The notes under the pieces are model-generated. The model was given only the letters and a program-made list of their open reading frames with translations, was not told the origin of the DNA and did no database searches. Positions 21,580-30,908 of a DNA stretch of 39,846 bases are shown here, one piece after another. Made by a program: the position numbers and the translations under genes. Source of the stretch: Rhodoferax sp. OV413 (GTDB lineage: Bacteria > Pseudomonadota > Gammaproteobacteria > Burkholderiales > Burkholderiaceae_C); contig CAMATS010000001.1 of NCBI GenBank assembly GCA_945861195.1, positions 1 through 39,846 on the forward strand, in the 5' to 3' direction. Within the stretch, counting starts at the first letter, position 1, and each line of letters begins with the position of its first letter.

Positions 21580-23046
21580 TCACGCAGCGACTCCCGCTCT
21601 CGATTGCCCAAACAACTCAAAAAGCCGATCCACTTCAACACTGGAGCGACCGGCTTCACGTGCATCGCGCTCGGCACGATCACGCAATTTTTTTGCTGCC
21701 GAAATACGCACCAGCACCGGCTCGGCCTCGATCAAACGCTCCAGCAGGTCCTGTGCCTCCTGGCCCCAGGGCATGGGCTTGTCAGAGGCGGCACGGCTCA
21801 GCGTGGCGTCGATGCGGTCGAGCTCGGTGCCCAGCGGCAAAATATGAAACAAGGCATCGAACAGTGCGTTGCAAAATTCTTGGATGATGTAGGTTGCGCC
21901 GGCATAGCCCATGAACGGTGTGCCGGTGTGCCGGCGGATGATGGGCAGGGGGAAGGATGCCGGAATAAAGCTGGTCTTCATCATGCCGCCACCGCCGCAC
22001 TCGGCCAGATACATGCGTTCGTTGTAGCTGCCGTACATCACCAACGGTGTTTTTTCGCTGACCAGACGGCGTACTTCGGCGTTGTCGGTTTTGGCACCGG
22101 CCCGCCGGGCGACTGCGAAATTGCAGGGCATGCCCATTTCGTCTTCAAGAAAATGCCGAATGCCCCGGGTGTAGGTCTCATTGGCCACCACTGCAAAGCT
22201 GGCAGTGGCAAAAAAGTCTTGGGTGACCGAGCGCCATAAATCCCAGATCGGTTTGATCGTGCTGTGTTTCTCACGCTCGATAAAAGGTTCGGGGTCGAGA
22301 TTGAGCAACTCGCCCAGGCTGCGCAGAAAGCTCGTGGTGCTGTGCAGTCCGATGGGCGCTTGCAGGTAGGGACGCTCAAGCACCTCGCACAGCATGCGAC
22401 CGAATTCGCGGTACATGCAGATATTCACATCGGCCTCGACCAGCCGCGACACGTCGGCAAGGTGGCTGCCCAGCGGGAACACCATATTGACTTCGGCGCC
22501 AATGCCCTGCACCAAGCGGCGGATTTCGGCCAGGTCGCTGGGCGAATTGAAGGTGCCGTAGCTCGGGCCAATGATGTTGACGCGGGGTTTTTCTTCGGGC
22601 TTGCGCTCGCGCTTTGGCACCTGCTTGATGCCGTACTGTTGCCACAGCCAGTACATCGCGCGGTTGGCGCATTGCCACTGGTCCTCGTCGATGGTTCGGG
22701 GCAAAAAGCGCATCAGGTTGGTACCCTCGGGGGTCACGCCACCGCCAATCATCTCGGCGATCGAGCCGGTCACCACCACGGCTGGCAAATCGGGGTCGAG
22801 CGTGGCATGGGCCCGGCGCATGGCGCCTTCGGTGCCCTCGCGGCCGAGCTGCTCCTCGGCCAGACCGGTGACCACAATCGGCAGTTCGTGCGGCGGCAGG
22901 GCATCGGTGTAGTGCAGCACCGAGGTCACGGGCAGGTTCTCGCAACCCACCGGGCCGTCAATCACCACCTGCAGGCCCTTGATGGCGGTGAACACGTACA
23001 CCGCTCCCCAGTAGCCTCCCGCGCGATCATGGTCAAGAACCAGCAT
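21580..23046 (-). CDS. bchZ: Chlorophyllide a reductase subunit Z
   Basis: [26 protein letters not shown]-terminal PCP_red-like [14 protein letters not shown]. Confidence 0.97.
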   Translation of the reverse strand: MLVLDHDRAGGYWGAVYVFTAIKGLQVVIDGPVGCENLPVTSVLHYTDALPPHELPIVVTGLAEEQLGREGTEGAMRRAHATLDPDLPAVVVTGSIAEMIGGGVTPEGTNLMRFLPRTIDEDQWQCANRAMYWLWQQYGIKQVPKRERKPEEKPRVNIIGPSYGTFNSPSDLAEIRRLVQGIGAEVNMVFPLGSHLADVSRLVEADVNICMYREFGRMLCEVLERPYLQAPIGLHSTTSFLRSLGELLNLDPEPFIEREKHSTIKPIWDLWRSVTQDFFATASFAVVANETYTRGIRHFLEDEMGMPCNFAVARRAGAKTDNAEVRRLVSEKTPLVMYGSYNERMYLAECGGGGMMKTSFIPASFPLPIIRRHTGTPFMGYAGATYIIQEFCNALFDALFHILPLGTELDRIDATLSRAASDKPMPWGQEAQDLLERLIEAEPVLVRISAAKKLRDRAERDAREAGRSSVEVDRLFELFGQSRAGVAA

Positions 23047-24626
23047 CAGATCATTTCCTCGGCTTTGCGCTTTTTCAGGGTCTTGGCGAGCAGACGGCGG
23101 GTCTCGGCTTTGAAGTCGGGCCGGTCAGCCGGCAAACCGCTGCTGCTCTCCCAAACGCCAGCGGCGTGGCCAACCCCGGTTTGGCCAAAGAAGGCTTTCA
23201 TGGTGTCAAAGCGGGCCTTGTTGCCCATGGCTGCGTTGATCACGGTGGCGAGCGAACCGGCGCCGGCCGGGCCCATGAGTGGCCGCGCCGAAATCAGGTT
23301 CGTGAAATACAGCCCCGGGATGCTCAGCTCTTTGGCCGCTTGAACAACAGGCGTGGTGCCAATCGCCAGGTCGGGCTCGAACTCATGCATGGCCGCAAGA
23401 TCCTGCTCCAGGGAGGCCCGGTATTGCACCCGCACACCATGGGCTTGCAGCCATTGGCAATCGGCCTCGCTCCAGGCAGAGCGGGCGCAGGCGCTGCCGA
23501 CATAGCGCAGATCGGCCCCGCTTTCAACCAGCAAGCGCCCGACCAACAACTCAGAGCCCTCGTAGCCACTGAGGGTGATTCGGCCCTTGATCGGGGACTT
23601 GGACAAAGCCGCCCGAATGGCTGGCAGCATGGCATTTTTAACGGCATCGATACGGGCCTGCGGCACTTGGGCAGCCTGCCCGATGGCCTGCAACCAGGCT
23701 TCGGTGCCGTCGTGCCCCACCGGGGCCGAGCCGACGATGGGCCGTCCGGCGGTCTCAAATTCACGGATTGATGCGGTGTAAAAGGGGTGAATGGCGGCCA
23801 CCACGGCGCAATCCAGAGCGCCATACAGTTCGCGCCACTCGCGCGTGGGTACGGTGGGGCCAGCTGCCAGGCCCATGGGCTCGAGCATGCGACCAATGAT
23901 GACCGGATCGGCGGGGAACATTTCACCCAGCAGGGTGATGGTTGGTTTGTCAGAGCGCCCGCCCCGAGGCGCTTGCACCGGCCCGGCCATGGCTTCGGTG
24001 CGGGCGTATTTCAGCATGGCGCCTGCCAGCACATCTTTGGCCTCGGCATGGGTGGGGACGCCAAAGCCTGGCACGTCGATGCCGATGATGCGAACGCCGT
24101 TGATCTCTTTGGGCAGTATCTGCAGCGGGACACCGCTGGCGGTGGGCACGCACAGGTTGATGATCACGATGGCGTCGTACAAGGCCGGGTCGGCCTGCTG
24201 ATGCACGGCTTCACGGATGTCTTCAAACAGTTTGCCGGTGACCAGGGACTCTGAGTTGAAGGGCACATAGCCCACGCTGCGTTTGGCACCGTAGAAATGC
24301 GAGGTGAAGGTCAGCCCATAGACGCAACAGGCCGAGCCCGACAAAATGGTGGAAGTGCGGCGCATCCGCAGGCCCACGCGCAAGGATCCAAACGCCGGGC
24401 ACATGCTTTGCGGCTGGTCATGGGGTCCGGCGGCTGGGTCAAGGGGGTAGTCTTTGGCGTACTGCGCCAACACCTCTGACTTGCCCGAGGCCTTAGCGGC
24501 TGCGAGCATCTTCTCGCCGCCAGCGTGGCAACCCATGCCGTCACCCTCGATGCTGGGGCTTCCCAGTGACGGCGCAGCCCCTGCCGGCGTCATTTTGGCT
24601 TCGATGATGGGAATGGTTTTGATCAT
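23046..24626 (-). CDS. bchY: Chlorophyllide a reductase subunit Y
   Basis: [36 protein letters not shown] and [13 protein letters not shown] motifs. Confidence 0.97.
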   Translation of the reverse strand: MIKTIPIIEAKMTPAGAAPSLGSPSIEGDGMGCHAGGEKMLAAAKASGKSEVLAQYAKDYPLDPAAGPHDQPQSMCPAFGSLRVGLRMRRTSTILSGSACCVYGLTFTSHFYGAKRSVGYVPFNSESLVTGKLFEDIREAVHQQADPALYDAIVIINLCVPTASGVPLQILPKEINGVRIIGIDVPGFGVPTHAEAKDVLAGAMLKYARTEAMAGPVQAPRGGRSDKPTITLLGEMFPADPVIIGRMLEPMGLAAGPTVPTREWRELYGALDCAVVAAIHPFYTASIREFETAGRPIVGSAPVGHDGTEAWLQAIGQAAQVPQARIDAVKNAMLPAIRAALSKSPIKGRITLSGYEGSELLVGRLLVESGADLRYVGSACARSAWSEADCQWLQAHGVRVQYRASLEQDLAAMHEFEPDLAIGTTPVVQAAKELSIPGLYFTNLISARPLMGPAGAGSLATVINAAMGNKARFDTMKAFFGQTGVGHAAGVWESSSGLPADRPDFKAETRRLLAKTLKKRKAEEMI

Positions 24627-24640
24627 GGTTGACCTGCTGC

Positions 24641-25654
24641 TCAGACTTCGTCGTAAATGACTTCAAGGGTCTCTTTGACGATCTCTTTCTTGCCGCACAT
24701 GTCGAATTGCGTGGCCGGCTCGAGCACCACATTGCGACCCACCGATGCCGCCGAGAACAGGCTCAGCAATTGATCTTGGGTCATGGGTTTCGGGCGCACC
24801 GGCGTCGAGGTGCCGACGTTGGCGGCGAGTTCGGCAAACATCGGACCCCAAACGCTTTGCGGCCGGCCAATGATTTCGTAGCTGGCGCTCTTGCGGCGAA
24901 TGTCCTCGTTGGCGGGGATGGTCGAGAGCACCGGAATACCAACCTTCTCGGCAAAGGCTGCAGCCTCGCCAGTGCCGTCGTCGCGGTTGATGACCATACC
25001 GGCAACACCGACGTTGCCGCCTAGTTTGCGAAAGTACTCAACGGCTGAGCAGACATTGTTGGCCACGTACAAAGACTGCAGGTCGTTGCTGGCAACCACG
25101 ATCACTTTTTGGCACATGTCGCGTGCAATTGGCAGGCCAAAACCGCCGCACACCACGTCGCCCAGGAAATCGAGCAACACATAGTCGAAGCCCCAGTCGT
25201 GGAAGCCCAGTTTTTCCAGCAACTCAAAGCCGTGGATGATGCCGCGCCCGCCACAGCCGCGCCCGACTTCGGGGCCGCCGAGTTCCATGGCGTAGACGCC
25301 ATCACGCTTGAAGCAGACATCGCCAATTTGGACCGCCTCGCCGGCCAATTTTTTCTTGGCCGAGGTTTCGATGATGGTCGGGCAGGCACGCCCGCCAAAC
25401 AGCAGGCTGGTGGTATCGCTCTTGGGATCGCAGCCGATCAGCAGTACTTTTTTGCCCTGCTGCGCCATCATGTAGCTCAGGTTAGCGAGGGTGAAACTTT
25501 TCCCGATGCCGCCCTTGCCGTAAATCGCAATGATTTGGGTTTCTTTGGTCGGTGTGGTGGTGGCGACTTGATCGATGGGGGCGGCGGCCTCCTCGCGCAG
25601 GCGTTCGACGAATTTCAGAGGGCTGCTGGTACTGCCCATGCTGGCTGTGCTCAT
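24641..25654 (-). CDS. bchX: Chlorophyllide a reductase iron protein subunit X
   Basis: [41 protein letters not shown] and [11 protein letters not shown] motifs. Start placed at ATG 25654 (GGAG upstream); 25669 is an alternative. Confidence 0.96.
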   Translation of the reverse strand: MSTASMGSTSSPLKFVERLREEAAAPIDQVATTTPTKETQIIAIYGKGGIGKSFTLANLSYMMAQQGKKVLLIGCDPKSDTTSLLFGGRACPTIIETSAKKKLAGEAVQIGDVCFKRDGVYAMELGGPEVGRGCGGRGIIHGFELLEKLGFHDWGFDYVLLDFLGDVVCGGFGLPIARDMCQKVIVVASNDLQSLYVANNVCSAVEYFRKLGGNVGVAGMVINRDDGTGEAAAFAEKVGIPVLSTIPANEDIRRKSASYEIIGRPQSVWGPMFAELAANVGTSTPVRPKPMTQDQLLSLFSAASVGRNVVLEPATQFDMCGKKEIVKETLEVIYDEV

Positions 25655-25704
25655 TCGGTTTTGCTCCATTGAGGGGTCATTGAGAGAGTAGCCATTGCTT
25701 GCAT
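25651..25704 (-). pseudogene. 17-aa micro-ORF (MQAMATLSMTPQWSKTE*) in the bchC slot; possible collapsed bchC remnant
   Basis: Lies between the PpsR promoter and bchX. Its TGA overlaps the bchX ATG (ATGA), and its W-S codons supply the GGAG RBS, as the bchC C-terminus commonly does. Too short to prove homology. Confidence 0.3.
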
Positions 25705-25707
25705 GAG

Positions 25708-25751
25708 TGTATAGTTACATTGACACTTTTGGTTGTCAATAAAAAGTTACG
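25708..25751 (-). promoter_or_regulatory. Tandem PpsR/CrtJ operators with sigma70 -35, driving bchXYZ-puf
   Basis: TGT-N12-ACA at 25708-25725 (tgtatagttacattgaca) and TGT-N12-ACG at 25734-25751, 8 bp apart. Minus-strand TTGACA at 25739-25734. Confidence 0.85.
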
Positions 25752-25765
25752 GATAATCGCCATTC

Positions 25766-26950
25766 CTAGGGTAAACACTTAGATTTCCGAGCCACCAAAA
25801 TACGTGTTTGCATGGGCATGGGGTTGGGAAGCGGCTCAACATTGGAAAAACCGACCTCCGAGAGCATCTCTGTGAGCTCTTGGACGCTGCGCAAGCGCCC
25901 CGAGCCCATGGCCAGCAAATAAAAATGAAAGTAGGCATCACCCAGGGGTGCCTCGCCTGCTGCCTGTGCCATCGGCTCTGCCAGCAGCAGGGTGCCGCCC
26001 AGCGGCAGCGCGGCGTGTATGGCCCTGAGGATGGCCTTCACATGCTCGTCGGGGTGGTCGTGTGCCACCCGCACCAGGGTGATCAGGTCAGCGCCCACTG
26101 GCAGGGGATCGCGCAGAAAGTCGCCGCCAACCGCACTAGCTCGCTCGGCCAGGCCTTGTTGCTCGAAGCTGGCCTGCGCCAGCGCCGCGACCTGCGGCAA
26201 ATCAAACAGCTTGAGTTGCAGGTGCGGGGCGTGTCGCGCGAGCTTGCTGACAAAAGTTCCCTGACCGCCACCAACATCGAGCACGCACCGGTGGTCGGTG
26301 AAAGCGTAGGTGGCGATCACTTCGTCAACCACGAAGGGCTGCGAGGCGGACATCAGGTTGGAATAGCGGCTCACTTGGTCGGGCTGCCAGCGGCGCTCCC
26401 CGGTTGTGCCTGACTCGGCCTCGGCATAGGGCCAGTATTTGGCCATCTGGCCCTGGGGCAATTGGTCTAACAGCAGGGCCACCGGGTCTTGCAGGTCTTG
26501 GTAGAGAACAGCGTGGTGTTCGATCATGGCCCGCAGGCCGGGGTGGCCAGCCACTGGGGCGCCCAAGGGGCCCAAGCCGTAGCGGCCCTGCCCACGCAAT
26601 TCAAGCAGCCGCAGCGCCCGGGCCGACTCCAGCAGGCGCTGCAGGGCCGAGGCTGGCACCTGGCACTTGGCAGCCAGTTCCCCGAGCGTACGGGGTGATT
26701 CACACACCAGCTCAAGGATGCGCAGGCGCACACAGGCCAGCAGAACCTGGGTGTGGACAAAGCCGGCCATCAGGTCAAACACCTGCTGGGCGCGTCGCCT
26801 GGTGATCCAGCGGGTTAGGGGGTTGGATACCGTCCAGCGGTACACCGCGGGGCTGGTCAGCAGGCGGTCAAACCAGGCGTCCAGGTTGTCGCGCCAAGGC
26901 CGCGGCCGCTCATGCAGCGCCGCCGGTTTGGCCAGATCGAGTGTTTTCAT
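25766..26950 (-). CDS. crtF: Hydroxyneurosporene / demethylspheroidene O-methyltransferase
   Basis: FDLMAGFVHTQVL.AC, MIEHH..LY.DL.DP, YWPY, LDVGGGQG, AYFHFYLLAMGSGR. Follows crtE. Confidence 0.92.
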   Translation of the reverse strand: MKTLDLAKPAALHERPRPWRDNLDAWFDRLLTSPAVYRWTVSNPLTRWITRRRAQQVFDLMAGFVHTQVLLACVRLRILELVCESPRTLGELAAKCQVPASALQRLLESARALRLLELRGQGRYGLGPLGAPVAGHPGLRAMIEHHAVLYQDLQDPVALLLDQLPQGQMAKYWPYAEAESGTTGERRWQPDQVSRYSNLMSASQPFVVDEVIATYAFTDHRCVLDVGGGQGTFVSKLARHAPHLQLKLFDLPQVAALAQASFEQQGLAERASAVGGDFLRDPLPVGADLITLVRVAHDHPDEHVKAILRAIHAALPLGGTLLLAEPMAQAAGEAPLGDAYFHFYLLAMGSGRLRSVQELTEMLSEVGFSNVEPLPNPMPMQTRILVARKSKCLP

Positions 26951-26995
26951 GCGCCGCGTGTGCCCTGCAGACTGGTCAGTGGATGCAAGGAGGCG

Positions 26996-27913
26996 TCAGG
27001 CCGTCACCGATTTGGAGGGGGTAGCCGGTGTGCGGGTCTGGGCTTTTCTAAATTGCTCACAAGCGGCGCGCGGGACGAGTCGCTCGGACTCCAGGCGGAC
27101 CAACTTGCGCAGGGCCTGGGCGCTTGGCCCGTCCGGCACGGATTTGCTGGCGGCGTCCACCAGAGACTCAAAGTGTTCGATGGCCCCTGCCAGGCCTAGG
27201 TCAATCGCCGAGCTCGGCCGCCCCAGGCTGATGTCCTGGCCGGTCGGCTTACCCAGCAGCTGCGGGTCGGCCATGACATCGCGAATGTCGTCGGCCACCT
27301 GATAGGCTTCGCCCAGCCAGTCTCCGAGGGCGCGCCAGGGCAGCGGGTCAGCACCAGCGGCCTGCGCGCCGGCAGCCGTGGCGGCCACAAACAGGGCCCC
27401 AGTCTTGGCCCGCTGGTAATCTGTCAGTGAGACTTTTGGCTCGGACTCCCAAGCCTGGCCGGCAACAATGCCAAAAGGCATGCCCACGCCGCTGGCGATG
27501 GTGTCAAGGAGTCCGGGCAAGCGCGCCGGTGAAGTATGGGCCGCCCGGGCCAGGCTTTGGAAGGCCAGCACGATCAGGGCGTCACCGGCGAGCACGGCCA
27601 GGCTCTGGCCGTAAGCGCTGTGCACAGAGGGCTGGCCGCGCCGGGTTGGGGCATCGTCGAAGCAGGGCAGGTCATCGTGGACCAGCGAGGCGCAATGCAG
27701 AAACTCGATGGAGATGGCTGCCGCGGTGGCCAGGCCGGGATCATCAAGGCCACAGGCCTTGGCTACCGCCAGGCACAGCTGCGGCCGGATACGGGCGCCA
27801 GCGGGGAACACTGCATGCCGAATTGCGCCAGCCAATTTCGGCGGGCAGCCCCGAATCTCGCCGGCTGCTACTGCGCTGTGAAGGGATGCCTCGATGTGGG
27901 CAATGATGTTCAT
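26996..27913 (-). CDS. crtE: Geranylgeranyl diphosphate synthase
   Basis: GARIRPQL, HCASLVHDDLPCFDDA..RRG and YQVADD prenyltransferase motifs. Confidence 0.95.
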   Translation of the reverse strand: MNIIAHIEASLHSAVAAGEIRGCPPKLAGAIRHAVFPAGARIRPQLCLAVAKACGLDDPGLATAAAISIEFLHCASLVHDDLPCFDDAPTRRGQPSVHSAYGQSLAVLAGDALIVLAFQSLARAAHTSPARLPGLLDTIASGVGMPFGIVAGQAWESEPKVSLTDYQRAKTGALFVAATAAGAQAAGADPLPWRALGDWLGEAYQVADDIRDVMADPQLLGKPTGQDISLGRPSSAIDLGLAGAIEHFESLVDAASKSVPDGPSAQALRKLVRLESERLVPRAACEQFRKAQTRTPATPSKSVTA

Positions 27914-27947
27914 GGGCGGTCTCCATCAAAAGGGCGGCCTGTGCCGG

Positions 27948-27991
27948 TGTAAATTCTGATTGTCAGTGTCATGTGTCAGATAATATAGACA
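27948..27991. promoter_or_regulatory. Tandem PpsR/CrtJ operators in the divergent crtE/ccmA intergenic region
   Basis: Perfect TGT-N12-ACA at 27974-27991 (tgtcagataatatagaca) and a one-mismatch TGT-N12-TCA at 27948-27965, 8 bp apart. Confidence 0.8.
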
Positions 27992-28178
27992 CATCGTCAG
28001 TCAAGTCAAGCGAGTTTTTGATTTTTTTGAAATTTGTTTGTAAAGCTCGCATTCCTGCAGGCGCAGAGCTGCTGCGATGGCGTGATATAAGAAAAGCAAT
28101 GACGACACCAAACCAGCAAACCGTGGCGCAACCGTGGCGCCGCAGCCAGCCCTCAGGCAGCTCAGGAGACATGCTGGC

Positions 28179-28793
28179 ATGCTGCTGCTGAAAAATCTGG
28201 CTTGCATGCGCAGCGGGCGGCGCCTGTTTCAGGGGCTGAGCTGCGAGGTGCCGGCTGGGCAATTGCTGCGGGTGCAGGGCGCCAATGGCGCTGGCAAGAC
28301 CAGCCTGCTGCGGATTATTTGTGGTTTGCTCGAGCCCAGCGAGGGCCAGGCGAGCTGGTGTGGGCAAAGTATTTCGACATTGCAGGAGGACCTTGGCCGC
28401 CAGATGATCTATCTGGGACACGCGGCGGCCCTGAAGGACGACCTCTCCCCCCTGGAAAATCTGCAGGCTGCCAGTGCCTTGGGCGGGCAGGCGCTGAGCG
28501 CTGTTCAGGCGCGCGCGGCGCTGGCAGCGGCTGGTTTGCGTGGTTTTGACAGCACACCGGTGCGCCGCTTGTCGCAGGGGCAGCGCCGCCGCAGCGCGCT
28601 GGCACGACTGGTGCACGGCCACTATGCGGCGCTGTGGGTGCTCGATGAGCCTTTCAATGCCCTTGACACCGGGGCCACCGCCTGGTTGGCTGAATTGGTC
28701 AAGGCCCGCGTTCATGGCGGTGGCGTGGTGGTCTTGACCAGCCACCAGGACGTTGCCGTCGATGTCGCGCAGCAGCAGGTGCTAGCGCTGTGA
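28179..28793 (+). CDS. ccmA: Heme exporter ATP-binding protein CcmA
   Basis: Walker A GANGAGKT, YLGH..ALK, LSQGQRRR, WVLDEPF, LTSHQ. AGGAG before ATG 28179. Confidence 0.93.
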   Translation: MLLLKNLACMRSGRRLFQGLSCEVPAGQLLRVQGANGAGKTSLLRIICGLLEPSEGQASWCGQSISTLQEDLGRQMIYLGHAAALKDDLSPLENLQAASALGGQALSAVQARAALAAAGLRGFDSTPVRRLSQGQRRRSALARLVHGHYAALWVLDEPFNALDTGATAWLAELVKARVHGGGVVVLTSHQDVAVDVAQQQVLAL

Positions 28794-29506
28794 GCGCTAT
28801 GACTCACCCCAAGCAGCCGGCGGCGCTGCCGGTGGGTTTGCTGGCGGCAGTGCAGTGCATTTTTGTCCGCGACCTGCGCCTGGCCCTGCGCCGGCGCGCC
28901 GATAGCCTGTCGGCGATGTTGTTTTTCGTCATGGTTGTGAGTTTGTTTCCGCTGGGTGTGGGGCCAGAGCCTGGTCTGTTGCGCAGCATGGCGCCGGGCG
29001 TGGTCTGGGTTGCCGCGCTGCTGTCGTCAATGCTCTCGCTGAGCCGGCTTTTTGCTGACGACCACCAAGACGGGACCCTGGAGCAATTGCTTTTGGGCGC
29101 CCATCCGCTGGCTTTTTTGGTGCTGGGTAAAATCGCCGCCCACTGGATTGGCTCAGGATTGATGCTGACCCTCATCGCCCCGCTGCTGGCACTGCAGTTT
29201 GATTTGGCTGCCGATGCCTGCGGGGTTTTGGTTTTGTCTTTGCTGCTCGGCACCCCGGTGCTGAGCCTGATTGGCGCCATTGGTGCGGCCTTGACTGTGG
29301 GGCTCAGGGGTGGGAGTGTTTTGTTGTCTTTGTTGGTGCTGCCGCTGGCGGTCCCGGTGTTGGTGTTCGGTGCCGGCGCAGTACAGGCGTATCAGGCCGG
29401 GCTCGGGTTTTCCGCCCATTTTTCGCTGCTTGGTGCTGGTTTGTTGGTGAGTCTGGTGGCCGCGCCTTGGGTGGTTGCGGCCGGGCTCAGGATTGCTTTG
29501 GAGTAG
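28790..29506 (+). CDS. ccmB: Heme exporter permease CcmB
   Basis: RDLRLA.RR, LFPLGVGP, F.DD..DGTLEQL and LPL.VPVLVFG motifs. Confidence 0.93.
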   Translation: MSAMTHPKQPAALPVGLLAAVQCIFVRDLRLALRRRADSLSAMLFFVMVVSLFPLGVGPEPGLLRSMAPGVVWVAALLSSMLSLSRLFADDHQDGTLEQLLLGAHPLAFLVLGKIAAHWIGSGLMLTLIAPLLALQFDLAADACGVLVLSLLLGTPVLSLIGAIGAALTVGLRGGSVLLSLLVLPLAVPVLVFGAGAVQAYQAGLGFSAHFSLLGAGLLVSLVAAPWVVAAGLRIALE

Positions 29507-29557
29507 GTACCCCCAGATGGCCGACTTTGATAGGAAATTTGTCAGGAGGCACCCGGT

Positions 29558-30304
29558 ATGCAACTCGGTGCGGTGAACTGGTTTTATTTTGCTGCCCCAC
29601 AGCGCTTTTATCGGTTGTCAGGGCAGTTGTTGCCCTGGTGCTTCGTGCTGGCAAGCCTGCTTGCGGTCTGGGGCTTGTATATCGGCTTGTGGCTGGCGCC
29701 CACCGATGCGCAACAGGGGGAGGCTTACCGAATCATTTTTGTGCATGTGCCAACCGCCTGGATGTCGATGGTGGTTTATTTGGCCATGGCAGGCTGGGCC
29801 GGCGTGGGTCTGGTGTTTAACTCGCGCCTGGCTTCAATGATGGCCTGCGCACTCGCGCCAACCGGAGCCCTGATGACCTTTCTTGCCCTTTGGACCGGCG
29901 CACTTTGGGGCAAGCCCACTTGGGGCGCCTGGTGGGTGTGGGATGCCCGCCTGACCTCGGAGTTGGTGCTGCTGTTTCTCTATATCGGCTTTATGTCGCT
30001 GCATGCCGCCATTGACGATCCGCGCCGCGCCGACCGTGCCGCCGGCCTGCTGGCTCTGGTGGGCGTAGTCAATGTGCCAATCATCTATTTTTCAGTGAAA
30101 TGGTGGAACACCCTGCACCAAGGAGCCTCGGTCAGCTTGACCAAGTCGCCCAGCATGGCCAGCACCATGCTGCTGGGCATGCTGGTGATGGCGCTGGCCT
30201 GCTGGGCCTACTGCATTGCAGCGGCCCTGCTGCGGGTGCGAAGCATCATTTTGGAGCGTGAGGCCCACACGGCCTGGGTGCAAGATCTGGCGAGGTCTGC
30301 ATGA
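29558..30304 (+). CDS. ccmC: Heme exporter CcmC
   Basis: YRIIFVHVP.AW, WWD domain WGKPTWGAWWVWDARLT, WWNTLHQ. Confidence 0.96.
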   Translation: MQLGAVNWFYFAAPQRFYRLSGQLLPWCFVLASLLAVWGLYIGLWLAPTDAQQGEAYRIIFVHVPTAWMSMVVYLAMAGWAGVGLVFNSRLASMMACALAPTGALMTFLALWTGALWGKPTWGAWWVWDARLTSELVLLFLYIGFMSLHAAIDDPRRADRAAGLLALVGVVNVPIIYFSVKWWNTLHQGASVSLTKSPSMASTMLLGMLVMALACWAYCIAAALLRVRSIILEREAHTAWVQDLARSA

Positions 30305-30486
30305 GCAGTGCCGGCTGGTCTGATTTTTGGCACATGGGCGGCTATGCCCTGTATGTGTGGGGCTCCCTGGGCATGTGTGCTGCAACCCTGCTGATTGAAG
30401 TGCTGTGGCTTGCCCACAGGCAGCGTAAGCTGATTGAGCTGATTTCTGCTGGACCCGATTCTGATGCGGGAGAATCCAGCACATGA
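30301..30486 (+). CDS. ccmD: Heme exporter protein CcmD
   Basis: [11 protein letters not shown] motif, single TM, between ccmC and ccmE with ATGA overlaps. Confidence 0.88.
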   Translation: MSSAGWSDFWHMGGYALYVWGSLGMCAATLLIEVLWLAHRQRKLIELISAGPDSDAGESST

Positions 30487-30908
30487 AACCTAGAAACAAG
30501 CGCGCCCTGGCCATTGTTGCGGCGGTGGCAGCCTTGGGCGGTGCGACCATGCTGGTGCTCAATGCCTTCAACAGCAACCTGGTTTTCTTTTTCAGTCCGA
30601 CCCAGGTTCTGGCCAACGAGGCGCCGCGCGAGCGTAGTTTTCGCATTGGTGGCTTGGTCCAGGAAGGTAGCCTGCAACGCGAGGCGCAGGGCCTGACGAT
30701 CCGCTTTGTCGTCACCGACCTGGCCAAGACCGTGCCGGTCACCTACACCGGACTGCTGCCAGATCTTTTCAAAGAGGGCAAGGGCGTTGTGGCTCAGGGA
30801 AGGCTGGACGCCGATGGCGTCTTTCGGGCCGAGCAGGTGCTGGCCAAACACGACGAAAACTACATGCCGCCGGAAGCCGCCGCAGCACTGAAAAAGGCCA
30901 AGCCATGA
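30483..30908 (+). CDS. ccmE: Heme chaperone CcmE
   Basis: [23 protein letters not shown], heme-binding LAKHDENY. Confidence 0.96.
   Translation: MKPRNKRALAIVAAVAALGGATMLVLNAFNSNLVFFFSPTQVLANEAPRERSFRIGGLVQEGSLQREAQGLTIRFVVTDLAKTVPVTYTGLLPDLFKEGKGVVAQGRLDADGVFRAEQVLAKHDENYMPPEAAAALKKAKP

Noticed and set aside
25766-26950. O-methyltransferase as BchU (C20 methyltransferase) or a novel pigment methylase
   Set aside because: The N-terminal motifs and the position after crtE match CrtF, which the crtC/D/A pathway needs.
28099-28191. 30-aa ORF ending in CCC upstream of ccmA as a leader peptide
   Set aside because: Its Cys codons are an alternate-frame reading of the ccmA start (ATG CTG CTG CTG); no other support.
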